Below are positions 45,489-56,308 of a DNA stretch of 64,000 nucleotides, one piece after another. The position numbers and the translations under genes were made by a program. The notes beneath the pieces are model-generated. The model did not search any database, was not told where the DNA came from, and saw only the letters and a program-made list of their open reading frames with translations. Source of the stretch: an uncultured Chloroflexia bacterium (lineage in GTDB: Bacteria; Chloroflexota; Chloroflexia; Thermomicrobiales; UBA6265); assembly GCA_963849635.1 (NCBI GenBank), contig CAWKIA010000025.1, positions 196,194 through 260,193 of the forward strand. The letters are read 5' to 3'. Within the stretch, counting starts at the first letter, position 1, and every line of letters begins with the position of its first letter.

Positions 45489-46262
45489 TTAGGCCACTTT
45501 TTTCGCGAAGAAGAGCGTCTTGATGTCCGTAAATGCGATCAGCCGATCGCCATCCCATTCAGTATGCGCGTGTACCTTTACCGCCTCACCCGCATCACGG
45601 ATCGCGGCGAGCAACCCGTCGATGCCCGTCCCAGGAACGTCCGCTCGCGCGACCCAATCGGCGAATTCGTGCCGCTTCGGATAGTCCTCCACCACTTGAA
45701 GGTCCAATCCGTTCTGACGAATCAGTGACGTCCACTTCTCGGTCGTCAGCGTGCGAACGTGGGATGGATCGCGCATCATCTCGAAGCGGTTCCAGAATTC
45801 ATCGACCTCGCCTTCAGGAACCGTCGAGTCGACAAGGAGAAACCGGCCACCCGGTTTGAGGACGCGGGCAGCCTCGGCCACGAACCGGTCCGGGTGGGGG
45901 AAATGATGCGGTGCAATCCGGCAGGTGACGATTTCGAAGGACGCATCTTCAAACGGAAGTTGCTCTGCGTCGGCCTCTGCAATGCGGACGTTGGTCAGGC
46001 CCAGCTTAGCGAACGATGCCTCGACGGCGGCCAGCATCCTGGGCGTGAGATCGGAGGCGACAACCTCGGCGACGTGGGGTGAGAAGACCCGGGCGACGTT
46101 GCCACCGCCCGTAGCGATGTCCAGGAGCCGATCAGTAGGGCGTGGCTCTGCCAGCTCGATCATCCGCGGCAGATCGTCTCCCGCCTGATGGGACTTGCTG
46201 GCGACGTAGTACTCCGCGGTGGCCCCGAACTGCTCCATCGCCCGCTGCTTGGCGTCATCCAC
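45489..46262 (-). CDS. Class I SAM-dependent methyltransferase (type 11)
   Basis: LLDIATGGGNVARVF (motif I), and RVLKPGGRFLLVD. Confidence 0.8.
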   Translation of the reverse strand: MDDAKQRAMEQFGATAEYYVASKSHQAGDDLPRMIELAEPRPTDRLLDIATGGGNVARVFSPHVAEVVASDLTPRMLAAVEASFAKLGLTNVRIAEADAEQLPFEDASFEIVTCRIAPHHFPHPDRFVAEAARVLKPGGRFLLVDSTVPEGEVDEFWNRFEMMRDPSHVRTLTTEKWTSLIRQNGLDLQVVEDYPKRHEFADWVARADVPGTGIDGLLAAIRDAGEAVKVHAHTEWDGDRLIAFTDIKTLFFAKKVA

Positions 46263-46384
46263 CCATGCACCCTTTCAACTCGACGAAGAGCGATACCGGG
46301 GGACGCCAGGTTGAAACCTGGCGCTCAGCCTACAAAGTCCCTCCGGGACTGAAGGCGAACCGAACTCCGTTTGCCTTGGGCACT

Positions 46385-46870
46385 CTAGCTTTCGATTCGC
46401 TTGATCACGACCTTTTGCTGCCCGGCTGGCGTGGAGAAGTAGACCTCTTGCCCGGGCCGCTTGCCGAGCATTGCCTGCCCCATCGGCGATTCATTGGAGA
46501 TGTAACCCAGGGCAGGCTTGGCCTCGATGGCGCCGACGATCCGGTAGGTCTCCTCTTCTCCGTCGAAGTCGACGACGACTGTGGTCCCGACTCGGACGTA
46601 TCCGCTTGAAACAGACGACGCCTCATCAACGAGGACTGCGTTACGGAGCATTCCCTCAAGGTCGGCGATCCGCTTCTCGTTCATCGCCTGATCGTGGCGG
46701 GCGGCATCGTAGGCGGAGTTCTCGCGCAGGTCGCCGTGCGACCGTGCTTCCGCCACCTGGGCGATGATCTCAGGGCGGCGCACCTCGCGCAGCTCTTCGA
46801 GTTCGGCTTTCAGCCGCTCCAATCCGTCTTTGGTCACAGGTACTTGCCGGGTGTCCACTGGAACCTCCAA
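46385..46870 (-). CDS. greA: Transcription elongation factor GreA
   Basis: VPVTKDGLERLKAELEELREV...HGDLRENSAYDAARHDQAMNEKRIADLE. Confidence 0.9.
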   Translation of the reverse strand: MEVPVDTRQVPVTKDGLERLKAELEELREVRRPEIIAQVAEARSHGDLRENSAYDAARHDQAMNEKRIADLEGMLRNAVLVDEASSVSSGYVRVGTTVVVDFDGEEETYRIVGAIEAKPALGYISNESPMGQAMLGKRPGQEVYFSTPAGQQKVVIKRIES

Positions 46871-46880
46871 AACTTGCGGA

Positions 46881-46914
46881 ATTCGGCGTTCGGCGTTCGG
46901 CGTTCGGCGTTCGA
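46881..46914. repeat. Tandem heptamer repeat (TTCGGCG, four copies) just upstream of greA
   Basis: TTCGGCGTTCGGCGTTCGGCGTTCGGCGTTCGAG. Confidence 0.8.
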
Positions 46915-46941
46915 GACTATTGCACCGGCGAGCTGCGTCCT

Positions 46942-47089
46942 TGTCATCCCGAGCTTGTCGAGGGATCTAGAGAGAGGCGGCGTTCCGATGTGCCGCCGTG
47001 TGCACGAGCGCGATCGCGTTTTCTCTGAGGCCGGGGCTTCGTCAGGGCATCGTTCCCTTCGAGATCCCTCGACAAGCTCGGGATGACAG
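46942..47089. mobile_element. MITE-like element, copy B (about 148 bp, perfect 27-bp terminal inverted repeat TGTCATCCCGAGCTTGTCGAGGGATCT)
   Basis: The left arm at 46942-46968 is the exact reverse complement of 47062-47088. Same GTCATCCYGAGC...GGATC ends as copy A. Confidence 0.6.
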
Positions 47090-47188
47090 GTGGCAGGCTG
47101 GCTCGGGATGATCGGCTGACCGCTGACGGCTGAACGCTGGCGGCGGCTGTTGGCCAAGAGCGGACGCTTGACAGCGGAAAGCTGACGG

Positions 47189-47638
47189 TTATTTCACTTC
47201 GAATGTCGCTTCGATCTCGACGGCAATCTGGCCGGGGAGGGCGACGAAGCCGACGGCGGAGCGGGTGTGGCGCCCGGCGTCGCCGAAGACCTCGACCAGG
47301 AGGTCGGAGCAGCCGTTGATAACCTTGGGCTGATCGCCGAAATCGGGCGCCGAATTCACCATTCCGAGCACTTTCACGACCCGCGTTACCCGGTCCAGCG
47401 TGCCGAGCGCGTCCTTGACCGTCGCGATGATCTGCAGTCCAACCTCGCGCGCGACGGCGTAGCCCTCCAAGATGGTCAGGTCGGACCCGACCTTACCGGT
47501 CGGAGCGGATCCACTCGGGCCGGTCCCTGAGATGAAGAGGAGGTTGCCGGTCTGGACGTAGCGGACGTAGGTCGCGATCGGTTTGACCGGCGCGGGCAAG
47601 TCAATTCCGAGTTCGGTAATTCTGGCATCGAACGACAT
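47189..47638 (-). CDS. RidA/YjgF-family reactive-intermediate deaminase
   Basis: PAPVKPIATYV...GQIAVEIEATFEV are typical RidA motifs. Confidence 0.85.
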   Translation of the reverse strand: MSFDARITELGIDLPAPVKPIATYVRYVQTGNLLFISGTGPSGSAPTGKVGSDLTILEGYAVAREVGLQIIATVKDALGTLDRVTRVVKVLGMVNSAPDFGDQPKVINGCSDLLVEVFGDAGRHTRSAVGFVALPGQIAVEIEATFEVK

Positions 47639-47728
47639 ATCTTCCTCCTAACGACAGAAACGAATATCTGGCCCGGCGACTACGGATGCGCGGACCTGCG
47701 GAGCTATTGGCGGAATTCCGGTGGTGAC

Positions 47729-48938
47729 TTAGCCCTTCCCGAGGACGCGCTCCATGCGCACCAACGTCTCTGGCGAGCAGTTCATCGGAGGTGGCAAACG
47801 AGAGGCGGACGTAGCCCTCACCGGCGTCGCCAAAGGCGTTGCCGGGGACGAGGGCGACGTGGGCTTCCTTCAGCATGTGGTCGGAAAACTCCATCGCGGA
47901 CATTCCTGTGCCGCGGATGTCCGGAAAGGCATAGAACGCGCCCTCGACACGGGGGCAGGTGATCCCTTTCAGGGCATCGAGACCGTCGCAGACCATGATC
48001 CGGCGACGATCCCAGGCGGCGACCATCTCGCCGATGAACTCCTGCGGGCCGGTCAGGGCGGCGACTCCGCCCGCCTGGGCGAACGAGGTCGCACAGGTGA
48101 CGGAGTGGCTGTGGACCTTGGCGATTTGATCGATGTAGGCCCGAGGTCCGGCCACATAGCCGAGGCGCCAGCCAGTCATAGCGTATGCCTTGGAGAGACC
48201 GTTGAAGGTCAAGGTCCGGTCGAGCATCCCCGGCAACGAGGCGATGGTCGTGTGAGTGTGACCGTCGTAGAGGATTTTCTCGTACATGTCGTCGGCGAAG
48301 ACGAGCAGGTCGTGCTTGGTGGCGACATCGGCGATGGCGCGTAATCTCGTCGTTCGACATGACATGGCCGGTTGGGTTGCACGGAGAGTTGAAGAGGATG
48401 CCGCGTGTGGCGGGAGTCACGGCGGACTCCAGCAGTTCCCGCGTGACCTGCCAGTTCTGGTCCCCAGAGAGGGTCACTGGAATTGCACGGCCACCAGCCA
48501 CCTCGATCATTGGAACGTAAGAAACCCAGGCCGGTTCCAATACGAGGATATCGACCCCCGGCTCGGCCAGGGTCAACATCGCCTGGAAGAGCGCCGCCTT
48601 GCCGCCCGGAGTGACGATGATCTCGGTTGCAGGGTCGTACTCGACGCCATTGTCGTTCTTGAGCTTGGCGGCGATGGCTTTGCGCAGGGCAGGGGTGCCG
48701 GCGGAGGCGACGTAGTGGGTATCGCCGGAGTTCATGGCGTCCGCGGCGGCCTGGCGGATGTGGGCCGGGGTGATAAAGTCGGATCGCCGCCACCGAGATC
48801 GATGACATCGATACCCTGAGCCTTGAGCTGGCGCGCCTTGTCGGAAACCGCCAGCGTCGGCGAGGGAGCCAGGTCGCGTACTCGGGATGCAACGAAGTCG
48901 TCCGCCCGTCGACGTGCGGCGGTTCCACTGGTCTGCAT
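47729..48938 (-). CDS. Class I/II (aspartate) aminotransferase, broken into at least four frame segments
   Basis: N-terminus LAPSPTLAVSDKARQLKAQGIDVIDLGGGDP in ORF 48732..49007. Then HYVASAGTPALRKAIAAKL...NSPCNPTGHVMS in ORF 47818..48735. Then LVFADDMYEKILYDG...TFNGLSKAYAMTGWRLGY (PLP Lys) in ORF 47601..48365. The true C-terminus ETLVRMERVLGKG* is in yet another frame. Confidence 0.75.
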
Positions 48939-49439
48939 CGATCTTCCTTTCGTGGTGGTCGCGTCGTGCTGCATGCCGTCACGAACGACGGACCGTGTCC
49001 GCACCATTTTAGCCGGACTGGGCGCCTCCTGGATTTAATCCGCCGAAAGCCACTTTGCGCCAGAATCGTTCCGACAGCAGGTGACGCATGCCTCCTAGAT
49101 CTGGATGAATCGCACAACGGGAAGGGAAACATCGGGACCAACAGCCGAGACGCCGGTTATCAGCCCCACGTGATCAATGACATGAATTGGGGAAAGGGAA
49201 ACCAGATCGACGGCAACGTGGCCGAGGTCAGCGGCCAGGGATTTGGGTTCTTCACTCACATCCCGGAGGCCTTCGCCAACACCGTGCTGTGCTCGAACGA
49301 GGTTTCGGGAGCCCAGTTCGGGTTTGCCAATGTCAACTGCGCGGAAAAGGCCGCCGAGATGGCGCGGGCGGCTTGAGTCTGCCGCGCGATTGTTCCATAC
49401 TCTCCCGGTTGGCACTCCCCCTACCCAATTGCTAATTCA

Positions 49440-49466
49440 TTAGCACTCCCTCTTGAAGAGTGCTAA
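49440..49466 (+). promoter_or_regulatory. CIRCE operator (TTAGCACTC-N9-GAGTGCTAA), the HrcA binding site upstream of groES
   Basis: Perfect match to the CIRCE consensus. An extra GCTAATTCATTAGC palindrome sits immediately 5'. A possible -35/-10 pair (TTGAAG, 17 bp, TACCAT) overlaps the 3' half. Confidence 0.9.
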
Positions 49467-49565
49467 TTGTGGTGCTACCATCTTGGGCGCAATGCAATTC
49501 GGGGCGCCCCAGGAAAAGTCCGGGGCGCAACATGTGTCGCGTTCGTAGTGGAGGAAAGGAAGATC

Positions 49566-49889
49566 ATGGCAGCGGAAACAAACGGAACGGCAGTGGCCTC
49601 GAAGCTCACCCCGCTCGGTGACCGCGTGGTCATCAAGCCGGCCGGCCGCGAGGAGATGACCAAGAGCGGCATCGTTCTCCCGGACACGGCCAAGGAGAAG
49701 CCGCAGCGCGGCACCATCATCGCCGCCGGCCAGGGCCGCCGCGATGACGACGGCGAGCGGATCCCGCTCGACGTCAGCGTCGGGGACCAGGTCCTCTTCG
49801 CCAAGTACGCCGGGACCGAGTTCAAGCTCGAAGACGAGGATCTTCTCATCCTTTCCGAGAAGGACATCCTGGCTGTCATTTCCGAGTAA
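49566..49889 (+). CDS. groES: Co-chaperonin GroES
   Basis: [12 protein letters not shown]...[37 protein letters not shown]. Confidence 0.9.
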   Translation: MAAETNGTAVASKLTPLGDRVVIKPAGREEMTKSGIVLPDTAKEKPQRGTIIAAGQGRRDDDGERIPLDVSVGDQVLFAKYAGTEFKLEDEDLLILSEKDILAVISE

Positions 49890-49994
49890 CGAGACGTGAG
49901 CCGTGAGCCGTGAGAACGGACGAAAGTCCCCTCGGTTTCAGTGGCTCGCGACTCTCTTCTCGTCACTCACGTCTCACGTCTCAATTCTCACGAC
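49890..49994. repeat. Hairpin-forming heptamer repeats in the groES-groEL spacer (GAGACGTGAGCCGTGAGCCGTGAG ... CTCACGTCTCACGTCTCA)
   Basis: Arms at 49890-49919 and 49959-49994 are imperfect reverse complements built from the same CGTGAG/GTGAGAC units seen in the coxS-coxL spacer. Confidence 0.65.
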
Positions 49995-49997
49995 TAA

Positions 49998-51648
<1,651 letters not shown>

Positions 51649-51674
51649 TCCAGCTAATACCGCGTTCGATAGTC

Positions 51675-51712
51675 GAAGGGGGCTGGAGCATTTCCAGCCC
51701 CCTTCGTTTTTT
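51675..51712 (+). terminator. Rho-independent terminator after groEL
   Basis: GAAGGGGGCTGGA-gcattt-TCCAGCCCCCTTC followed by GTTTTTT. Confidence 0.8.
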
Positions 51713-51892
51713 CCATGGTGATGACCGTCGGAGAAACGTTCGGAGACGAACCGAATGCCGATCGTTTTCCGGAGCATGCAGGCCGCAGACGATGGCTTTC
51801 CACAGCTCGGTGCCAGTGGACGTTGCCTTGGAATCAGGCTGGGAATCGACATCTTGGCGGGAAATGGTTATGTTGAACCCGGAGTCGGCAGC

Positions 51893-52150
51893 ATGTCGGT
51901 AACCCCGGTCGACCCGCTTCGCTTGCCACGTCACCGCCGACCTCCCGAACTGGGCGGAACGGGACGTGATCCGACCTTCTGGCTCGATACCGAACTGCTT
52001 CCAAACGGTCTCGTCTACCGGTCGGACCCGCAGAATCCGGAAGGACATGGGTATATTGAGCCTGCCAATCCAATGTCATTCGATCATTACCAGCATCAGA
52101 TTGCTGACACGAGACAATTGTGGACGAGGGTGACCATATGGCGGCATTAG
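51893..52150 (+). CDS. Small basic His-rich hypothetical protein (candidate toxin-like component); ORF may start at 51755
   Basis: Codon usage is lower-GC than the surrounding genes. GGAG lies 10 nt upstream of ATG 51893. Product MSVTPVDPLRLPRHRRPPELGG...NPEGHGYIEPANPMSFDHYQHQI. Its stop overlaps the next ORF by 13 nt. Confidence 0.4.
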   Translation: MSVTPVDPLRLPRHRRPPELGGTGRDPTFWLDTELLPNGLVYRSDPQNPEGHGYIEPANPMSFDHYQHQIADTRQLWTRVTIWRH

Positions 52151-52392
52151 CAACTGGGATGACGACGCACGACCTGTTTAGTGAGGCTCTAGAGTCTGTA
52201 GAGCCTGTGTGGGAACTGCGAGGAGTCGTTCGGGGTCTCCTTGCAGACGGCCATGATCGGGAAGCACTTCTTTCGGACCTTGAGGCCATGAGGGGTGAGT
52301 TACAGGCATCGGGACGTGATAAGGCGGAAGAATCGGTCCTCGATGTGATGGACTTCATCGTCGGTTGGACGTCGCCACATACCAAGCTCTAG
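52138..52392 (+). CDS. Small acidic helical protein with an Im-like (colicin DNase immunity) motif, 3' end truncated by the IS insertion
   Basis: RBS GAGGGTG. Product ...EESVLDVMDFIVGWTSPHTKL*. The stretch SVLDVMDFIVGWTSPH resembles the Im7/Im9 segment DVLDVLLEHFVKITEHP (recalled from memory). The stop codon is supplied by the first bases of the IS left inverted repeat. Confidence 0.4.
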   Translation: MAALATGMTTHDLFSEALESVEPVWELRGVVRGLLADGHDREALLSDLEAMRGELQASGRDKAEESVLDVMDFIVGWTSPHTKL

Positions 52393-53617
52393 GCTAGGGC
52401 CTTTTCAAAGTCGCGAAGGCGCGGTGAGGGCGGCGAGGACGGTGAGCGGGTGGCCGTTGACCCATTCGGCCCGGGCCGTCATCGGCGCGCGCTCGGACCA
52501 GAGCACGCAGCGGCCGCGCAGGAGATTGATGGCCGCGCCGCGTAATAACCCCAGGACCTGCCCCCGGTCGTGGTCCTGTAGCACCTGGCGGTCCTCGCCG
52601 AAGCTGTCATCGGCAACGTGGAACCAGCGGTTCTCGATCCCCCAGTGCCGCCGCGCGACCGCCAGGAGGCGCGGGGGGTCGGCCGCCGCGGCTCCGAGGC
52701 TGGTCACTAAGTAGCGGGTGATGCGCGTGACCTCGCCGGTCGCAAGGTGGACGACCTCCTTCTTCAACTCAGCGACTTGCGCCAACCCCGGGAAGGCGGA
52801 ATACCCCGCGAGGTCGGCGCGCACCCGCAGTTCGCGCCGCTCCAGGCGGCCGTGCCCCTTCTCGGTCGTCACGACATCGGGCGGACCGGGGTCGGTGAAG
52901 AGGATCGCGACATCCGCGAAGAGGGCTGGTTGGTTTTTTTGAGCCGGAAGACGTAATCGCGCTGCCCGGCGACCACTGCGGAGCACAGCGACTGCTCGGC
53001 GAACAGGGCGTCCCCGGTCAGGATCGCCAGGCCCGGGAAGGCGTCCGCGACCTCATCCAACCAGCGCGTTGCCGCGCTCACTTCCCCGCGTAGCGGGGCG
53101 GCAAGTGCCTGATCGAGTCCGAGGCCAGCGTGCTGGGCGAAGGCCCGCAGCACGTGGAGTGGGGTTCCTTCCTCGTGCGTGCCCCGCAGGGTCTTGCCGT
53201 CCAGGGCCACCTCGGTCACGGCCGCGGGAGGGGTCCGACGCGCGATGAGGTCCTGGGCGAAGGCCCGGACCACGCTCCGCACGTCGGCCACCGTGACCAG
53301 CCCCAGCAACCGGTGCAGCGTCGCCACCGAGGGGCTCCGCCGCAGGCCGAGCGGGGCGAGCACCTCCGGGTGGATCGCCCCGTAGCGGCTCACCGCGCTC
53401 AGGGAGCGGCACCCAGCCAGCAATCCCAGCACCACCAGGGCCAGCACCCCCGGCAGGGGATGGACCTTGCCGCGGGCATGCCGAGGGTCGGTCAAGGTCG
53501 CGAACCGGGCGACCAGCAGGCCGAATTCGTCGGGAACCGCAGACGTCGCGGGCATGGCACACCTCCATGCGCCTATCCTCCCCGACGCTCACGACTTTGC
53601 AAAGGCCCTACTCTAGG
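52389..53617 (-). mobile_element. ISAs1-family insertion sequence (about 1.23 kb) with imperfect roughly 25-bp terminal inverted repeats
   Basis: Left IR CTAGGCTAGGGCCTTTTCAAAGTCG (52389-52413). Right IR, reverse-complemented, CCTAGAGTAGGGCCTTTGCAAAGTCG (53592-53617). 18 of 19 match at the inner ends. Confidence 0.7.
52405..53555 (-). CDS. ISAs1-family (H-repeat-associated) DDE transposase, with a frameshift at a T7 homopolymer (52934-52940)
   Basis: N-part in ORF 52869..53555: TDPRHARGKVHPLPGVLALVVLGLLAGCRSLSAVSRYG. C-part in ORF 52405..52986: KGHGRLERRELRV...RRHWGIENRWFHVADDSFGEDRQV. Confidence 0.8.
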
Positions 53618-53798
53618 CGATGCAATATTGTCCGCCGGGCGGAGGTTTGGTACACTCCGCAGGTTCTCGCCGCCGGTGGGCCGGTCGGCTTGTGTTCTCT
53701 GATTGAATTGTGCTGGGATGGCTTGCCTGGACGGGGTATCGCCAACTCGCCGCTGATGATTCGCCGTCGTCGATTGAACTCCAAGGTAAGGTAGGCAG

Positions 53799-54275
53799 AT
53801 GGTCGCGCAGTTGATTCGGTCGATCGAGGCCGAGCAGTTCAAAGAAGATTCCCAGGTTCCCGATTTCGGACCTGGCGATACCATTCGGGTACACGCCAAG
53901 GTTGTCGAGGGCACTCGCGAGCGGATCCAGGTCTTCGAGGGGGTCGTGATTCGGCGGCGGGCCGGCGGAATCAACGAGAACTTCACCGTGCGCCGGATCG
54001 CCTCTCACGGCATTGGCGTCGAGCGAACCTTCCTGCTCCACTCACCGCGCATCGACCGCCTCGAGGTGATTCGCCGCGGTAAGGTGCGCCGGGCGAAGCT
54101 GTACTACCTTCGAGGCCGGACCGGCCGCGCGGCCCGGATCAAAGAGCGTCGAATCTTCCCCAGCCGCAAGGGCGGCGTGGTTCCCACCGCCGTGGCGCCG
54201 CTCGCGCCTCAGGTAGAGGAGACTCCTCAGGTTGAAGAGACCACAGAGGTCGACGAAGCGGCAACCGAGGAATAG
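53799..54275 (+). CDS. rplS: 50S ribosomal protein L19 with an acidic C-terminal extension
   Basis: [32 protein letters not shown]...[11 protein letters not shown]. Confidence 0.9.
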   Translation: MVAQLIRSIEAEQFKEDSQVPDFGPGDTIRVHAKVVEGTRERIQVFEGVVIRRRAGGINENFTVRRIASHGIGVERTFLLHSPRIDRLEVIRRGKVRRAKLYYLRGRTGRAARIKERRIFPSRKGGVVPTAVAPLAPQVEETPQVEETTEVDEAATEE

Positions 54276-54371
54276 CTACTCTTCGTATTGAAACCAGAAC
54301 GAAGCCGGGGATGGTCCTCCCCGGCTTCGTCATTTCCACTCCGCAATTCCTGCTATCGTTCAGCCGTGACG

Positions 54372-55022
54372 ATGCGCGCCATGACAACCAGCCAGCCTTT
54401 GCCTTCTCTTGACGCAGAGCGGTCCTTTTGGCGCTGCGACCATACGATTGTGGCCGGAGTCGATGAGGTCGGGCGGGGTGCCCTGGCCGGGCCGCTGGTT
54501 GCTGCGGCGGTCGTGTTCCAGGCGTGCGCGGGCTGGGACCTTCGCCGACTCAGGGCCAACCTGGACAGGGTGCGAGACTCCAAAGCATTAAGGCCCGAAA
54601 TCCGGGAAGCCCTGCTCAGCCAGATCACAGGCTGCGCCGCGGCGGTGGCGATTGGAGTGGTCGAAGCCGATGAGCTCGACCAGATCGGCGTCGGTCCCGC
54701 AAACAGGATCGCGATGGAGCGAGCGGTCCTGGGTTTGCCGGAGACGCCCCATGCGTTGCTGCTGGACGCCTGCGTCGTCGATCTCGGCATCACCCAGGTC
54801 GGGCCAATCCGGGGCGACGCCTCGTCCCTCTCGATCGCCGCGGCGTCGATCGTCGCCAAGGTCACCCGCGATCAGATCATGCGCAACCACCACGAGCGTG
54901 ATGGCCGCTATCACTTCGCGATCCACAAGGGCTACGGCACAGCACTACATCTTGACGCGATCCGGTTGCACGGACCAGGGCCGATCCATCGCCGGTCGTT
55001 CACGCTGATCAGGGCAGAATGA
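54372..55022 (+). CDS. rnhB: Ribonuclease HII
   Basis: IVAGVDEVGRGALAGPLVAAAVVF (DEVGRG motif) and SIAAASIVAKVTRD. Confidence 0.85.
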   Translation: MRAMTTSQPLPSLDAERSFWRCDHTIVAGVDEVGRGALAGPLVAAAVVFQACAGWDLRRLRANLDRVRDSKALRPEIREALLSQITGCAAAVAIGVVEADELDQIGVGPANRIAMERAVLGLPETPHALLLDACVVDLGITQVGPIRGDASSLSIAAASIVAKVTRDQIMRNHHERDGRYHFAIHKGYGTALHLDAIRLHGPGPIHRRSFTLIRAE

Positions 55023-55393
55023 CCACACCTCGGCGCGCACTTGGAACCGCCGGCGAGCACCATGCCCGGCGTTACCTGGAAGCGCAAGGGATGCGGTACG
55101 TCGAGGCTAATTGGCGCTGCCCGGCCGGCGAACTCGATCTCATCATGCGCGACGGCGATGACCTCGTCTTCGTCGAGGTCAAGACCCGCCATGGCGAAGG
55201 GATGGGCCGGGCCGAAGAGAGCGTCTCGTGGAGCCAATCCCGGAAGCTGCTGCGAACCGGCGCAATCTACGTTGCTTCTCATCCCGATGTGCAAGATCTG
55301 ATTTGGCGGATCGATTTGGTTGCTATCACGCTCGACCGTACCGGCGCCGTCCGGCGGCTGAGCCACATCCCGAACGCGATCGGTGAGTGGTAG
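55019..55393 (+). CDS. yraN: YraN-family (UPF0102) endonuclease
   Basis: GTAGEHHARRYLEAQGMRYVEANWRCPAGELDLIMRDGDDLVFVEVKTR. Start overlaps the rnhB stop (ATGA). Conserved rplS-rnhB-yraN arrangement. Confidence 0.8.
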   Translation: MTTPRRALGTAGEHHARRYLEAQGMRYVEANWRCPAGELDLIMRDGDDLVFVEVKTRHGEGMGRAEESVSWSQSRKLLRTGAIYVASHPDVQDLIWRIDLVAITLDRTGAVRRLSHIPNAIGEW

Positions 55394-55555
55394 CGAGCGG
55401 TAGCGATCCGCCAAGAGATGATGATTTGCAGATAAGGTTGGCATACATCTTGGAATACACTCGTCTGGTCCCTATCGACTGCGGGGCTCGCAAATGGTGG
55501 GCCGAAACATCCCCGTCTCGGTTTCACCGCAGAGATACCTGAGGAGGGAATTCGC

Positions 55556-56164
55556 ATGTCCGAGGCACGGCGACGGTGGATTGGCATTGGTATCGCCATG
55601 GCGCTGATCGGAGTGGCGACAATCGGAGTTGTCTCTTCGCGGGCGCAAGATGCCACTCCTGTTGCCCAGGAGCAGGTCTCTGTCAGCGCCGAACACTCTG
55701 CCCTCATTCACACGGGCAACTGCGAGACGCTCGACCCGAATCCGCTCGCGCTGCTGGCTAGCGTCATCTTTGCAGGGTCCGAGGAAGACGACGGAGCAAC
55801 TCCGGTTGCCGAGGGCTCGCCGGAAGCTGGGACCGCGATGGGCTCGACCACGGCAATCGAGAGTGGTCATAGCACGACGAACGTGCCGTTGTCGCTGGCC
55901 GATATCCTGGCTGCAGAGCACGCTATCATTGTCCACCTCAGCCCCGAGCAGGCTGATGTCTATGTCACTTGCGGCGCAATCGGCGGCGAGCCCGACGCAA
56001 ATGGCGACCTCTTTATCGGCTTGCGGGAGCAGAACGGCTCTGGCATCGCCGGCATAGCCTGGCTGCACGACAACGGCGACGGCGCCTCGACGACAGTCAC
56101 GATCATGATCGCGTCCCTGCTCTCAGAGGACGCGAGTGGCGAGGAGGCCACGCCGGCGGCATAG
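55556..56164 (+). CDS. Secreted hypothetical protein with two internal repeat modules
   Basis: Strong RBS GAGGAGGG. Signal peptide MSEARRRWIGIGIAMALIGVATIGVVSSRAQDA. The two modules are ALIHTGNCETLDPNPL... and AIIVHLSPEQADVYVTCGAIGGEPDANGDLFIGL. A GC hairpin follows at 56196-56226. Confidence 0.6.
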   Translation: MSEARRRWIGIGIAMALIGVATIGVVSSRAQDATPVAQEQVSVSAEHSALIHTGNCETLDPNPLALLASVIFAGSEEDDGATPVAEGSPEAGTAMGSTTAIESGHSTTNVPLSLADILAAEHAIIVHLSPEQADVYVTCGAIGGEPDANGDLFIGLREQNGSGIAGIAWLHDNGDGASTTVTIMIASLLSEDASGEEATPAA

Positions 56165-56308
56165 TCTCGCGACGGCGTCACATTCGACTGCACGATGGGG
56201 CGCGGCGAACGTCGTTTGCCGCGCCCCGTCGCATTCTGCGCTAAGATCGCGTATTCGCCTCAATTGAGGCGACATAGCTACGCCCAGAGATGCTTCGGGA
56301 ATGGACGG

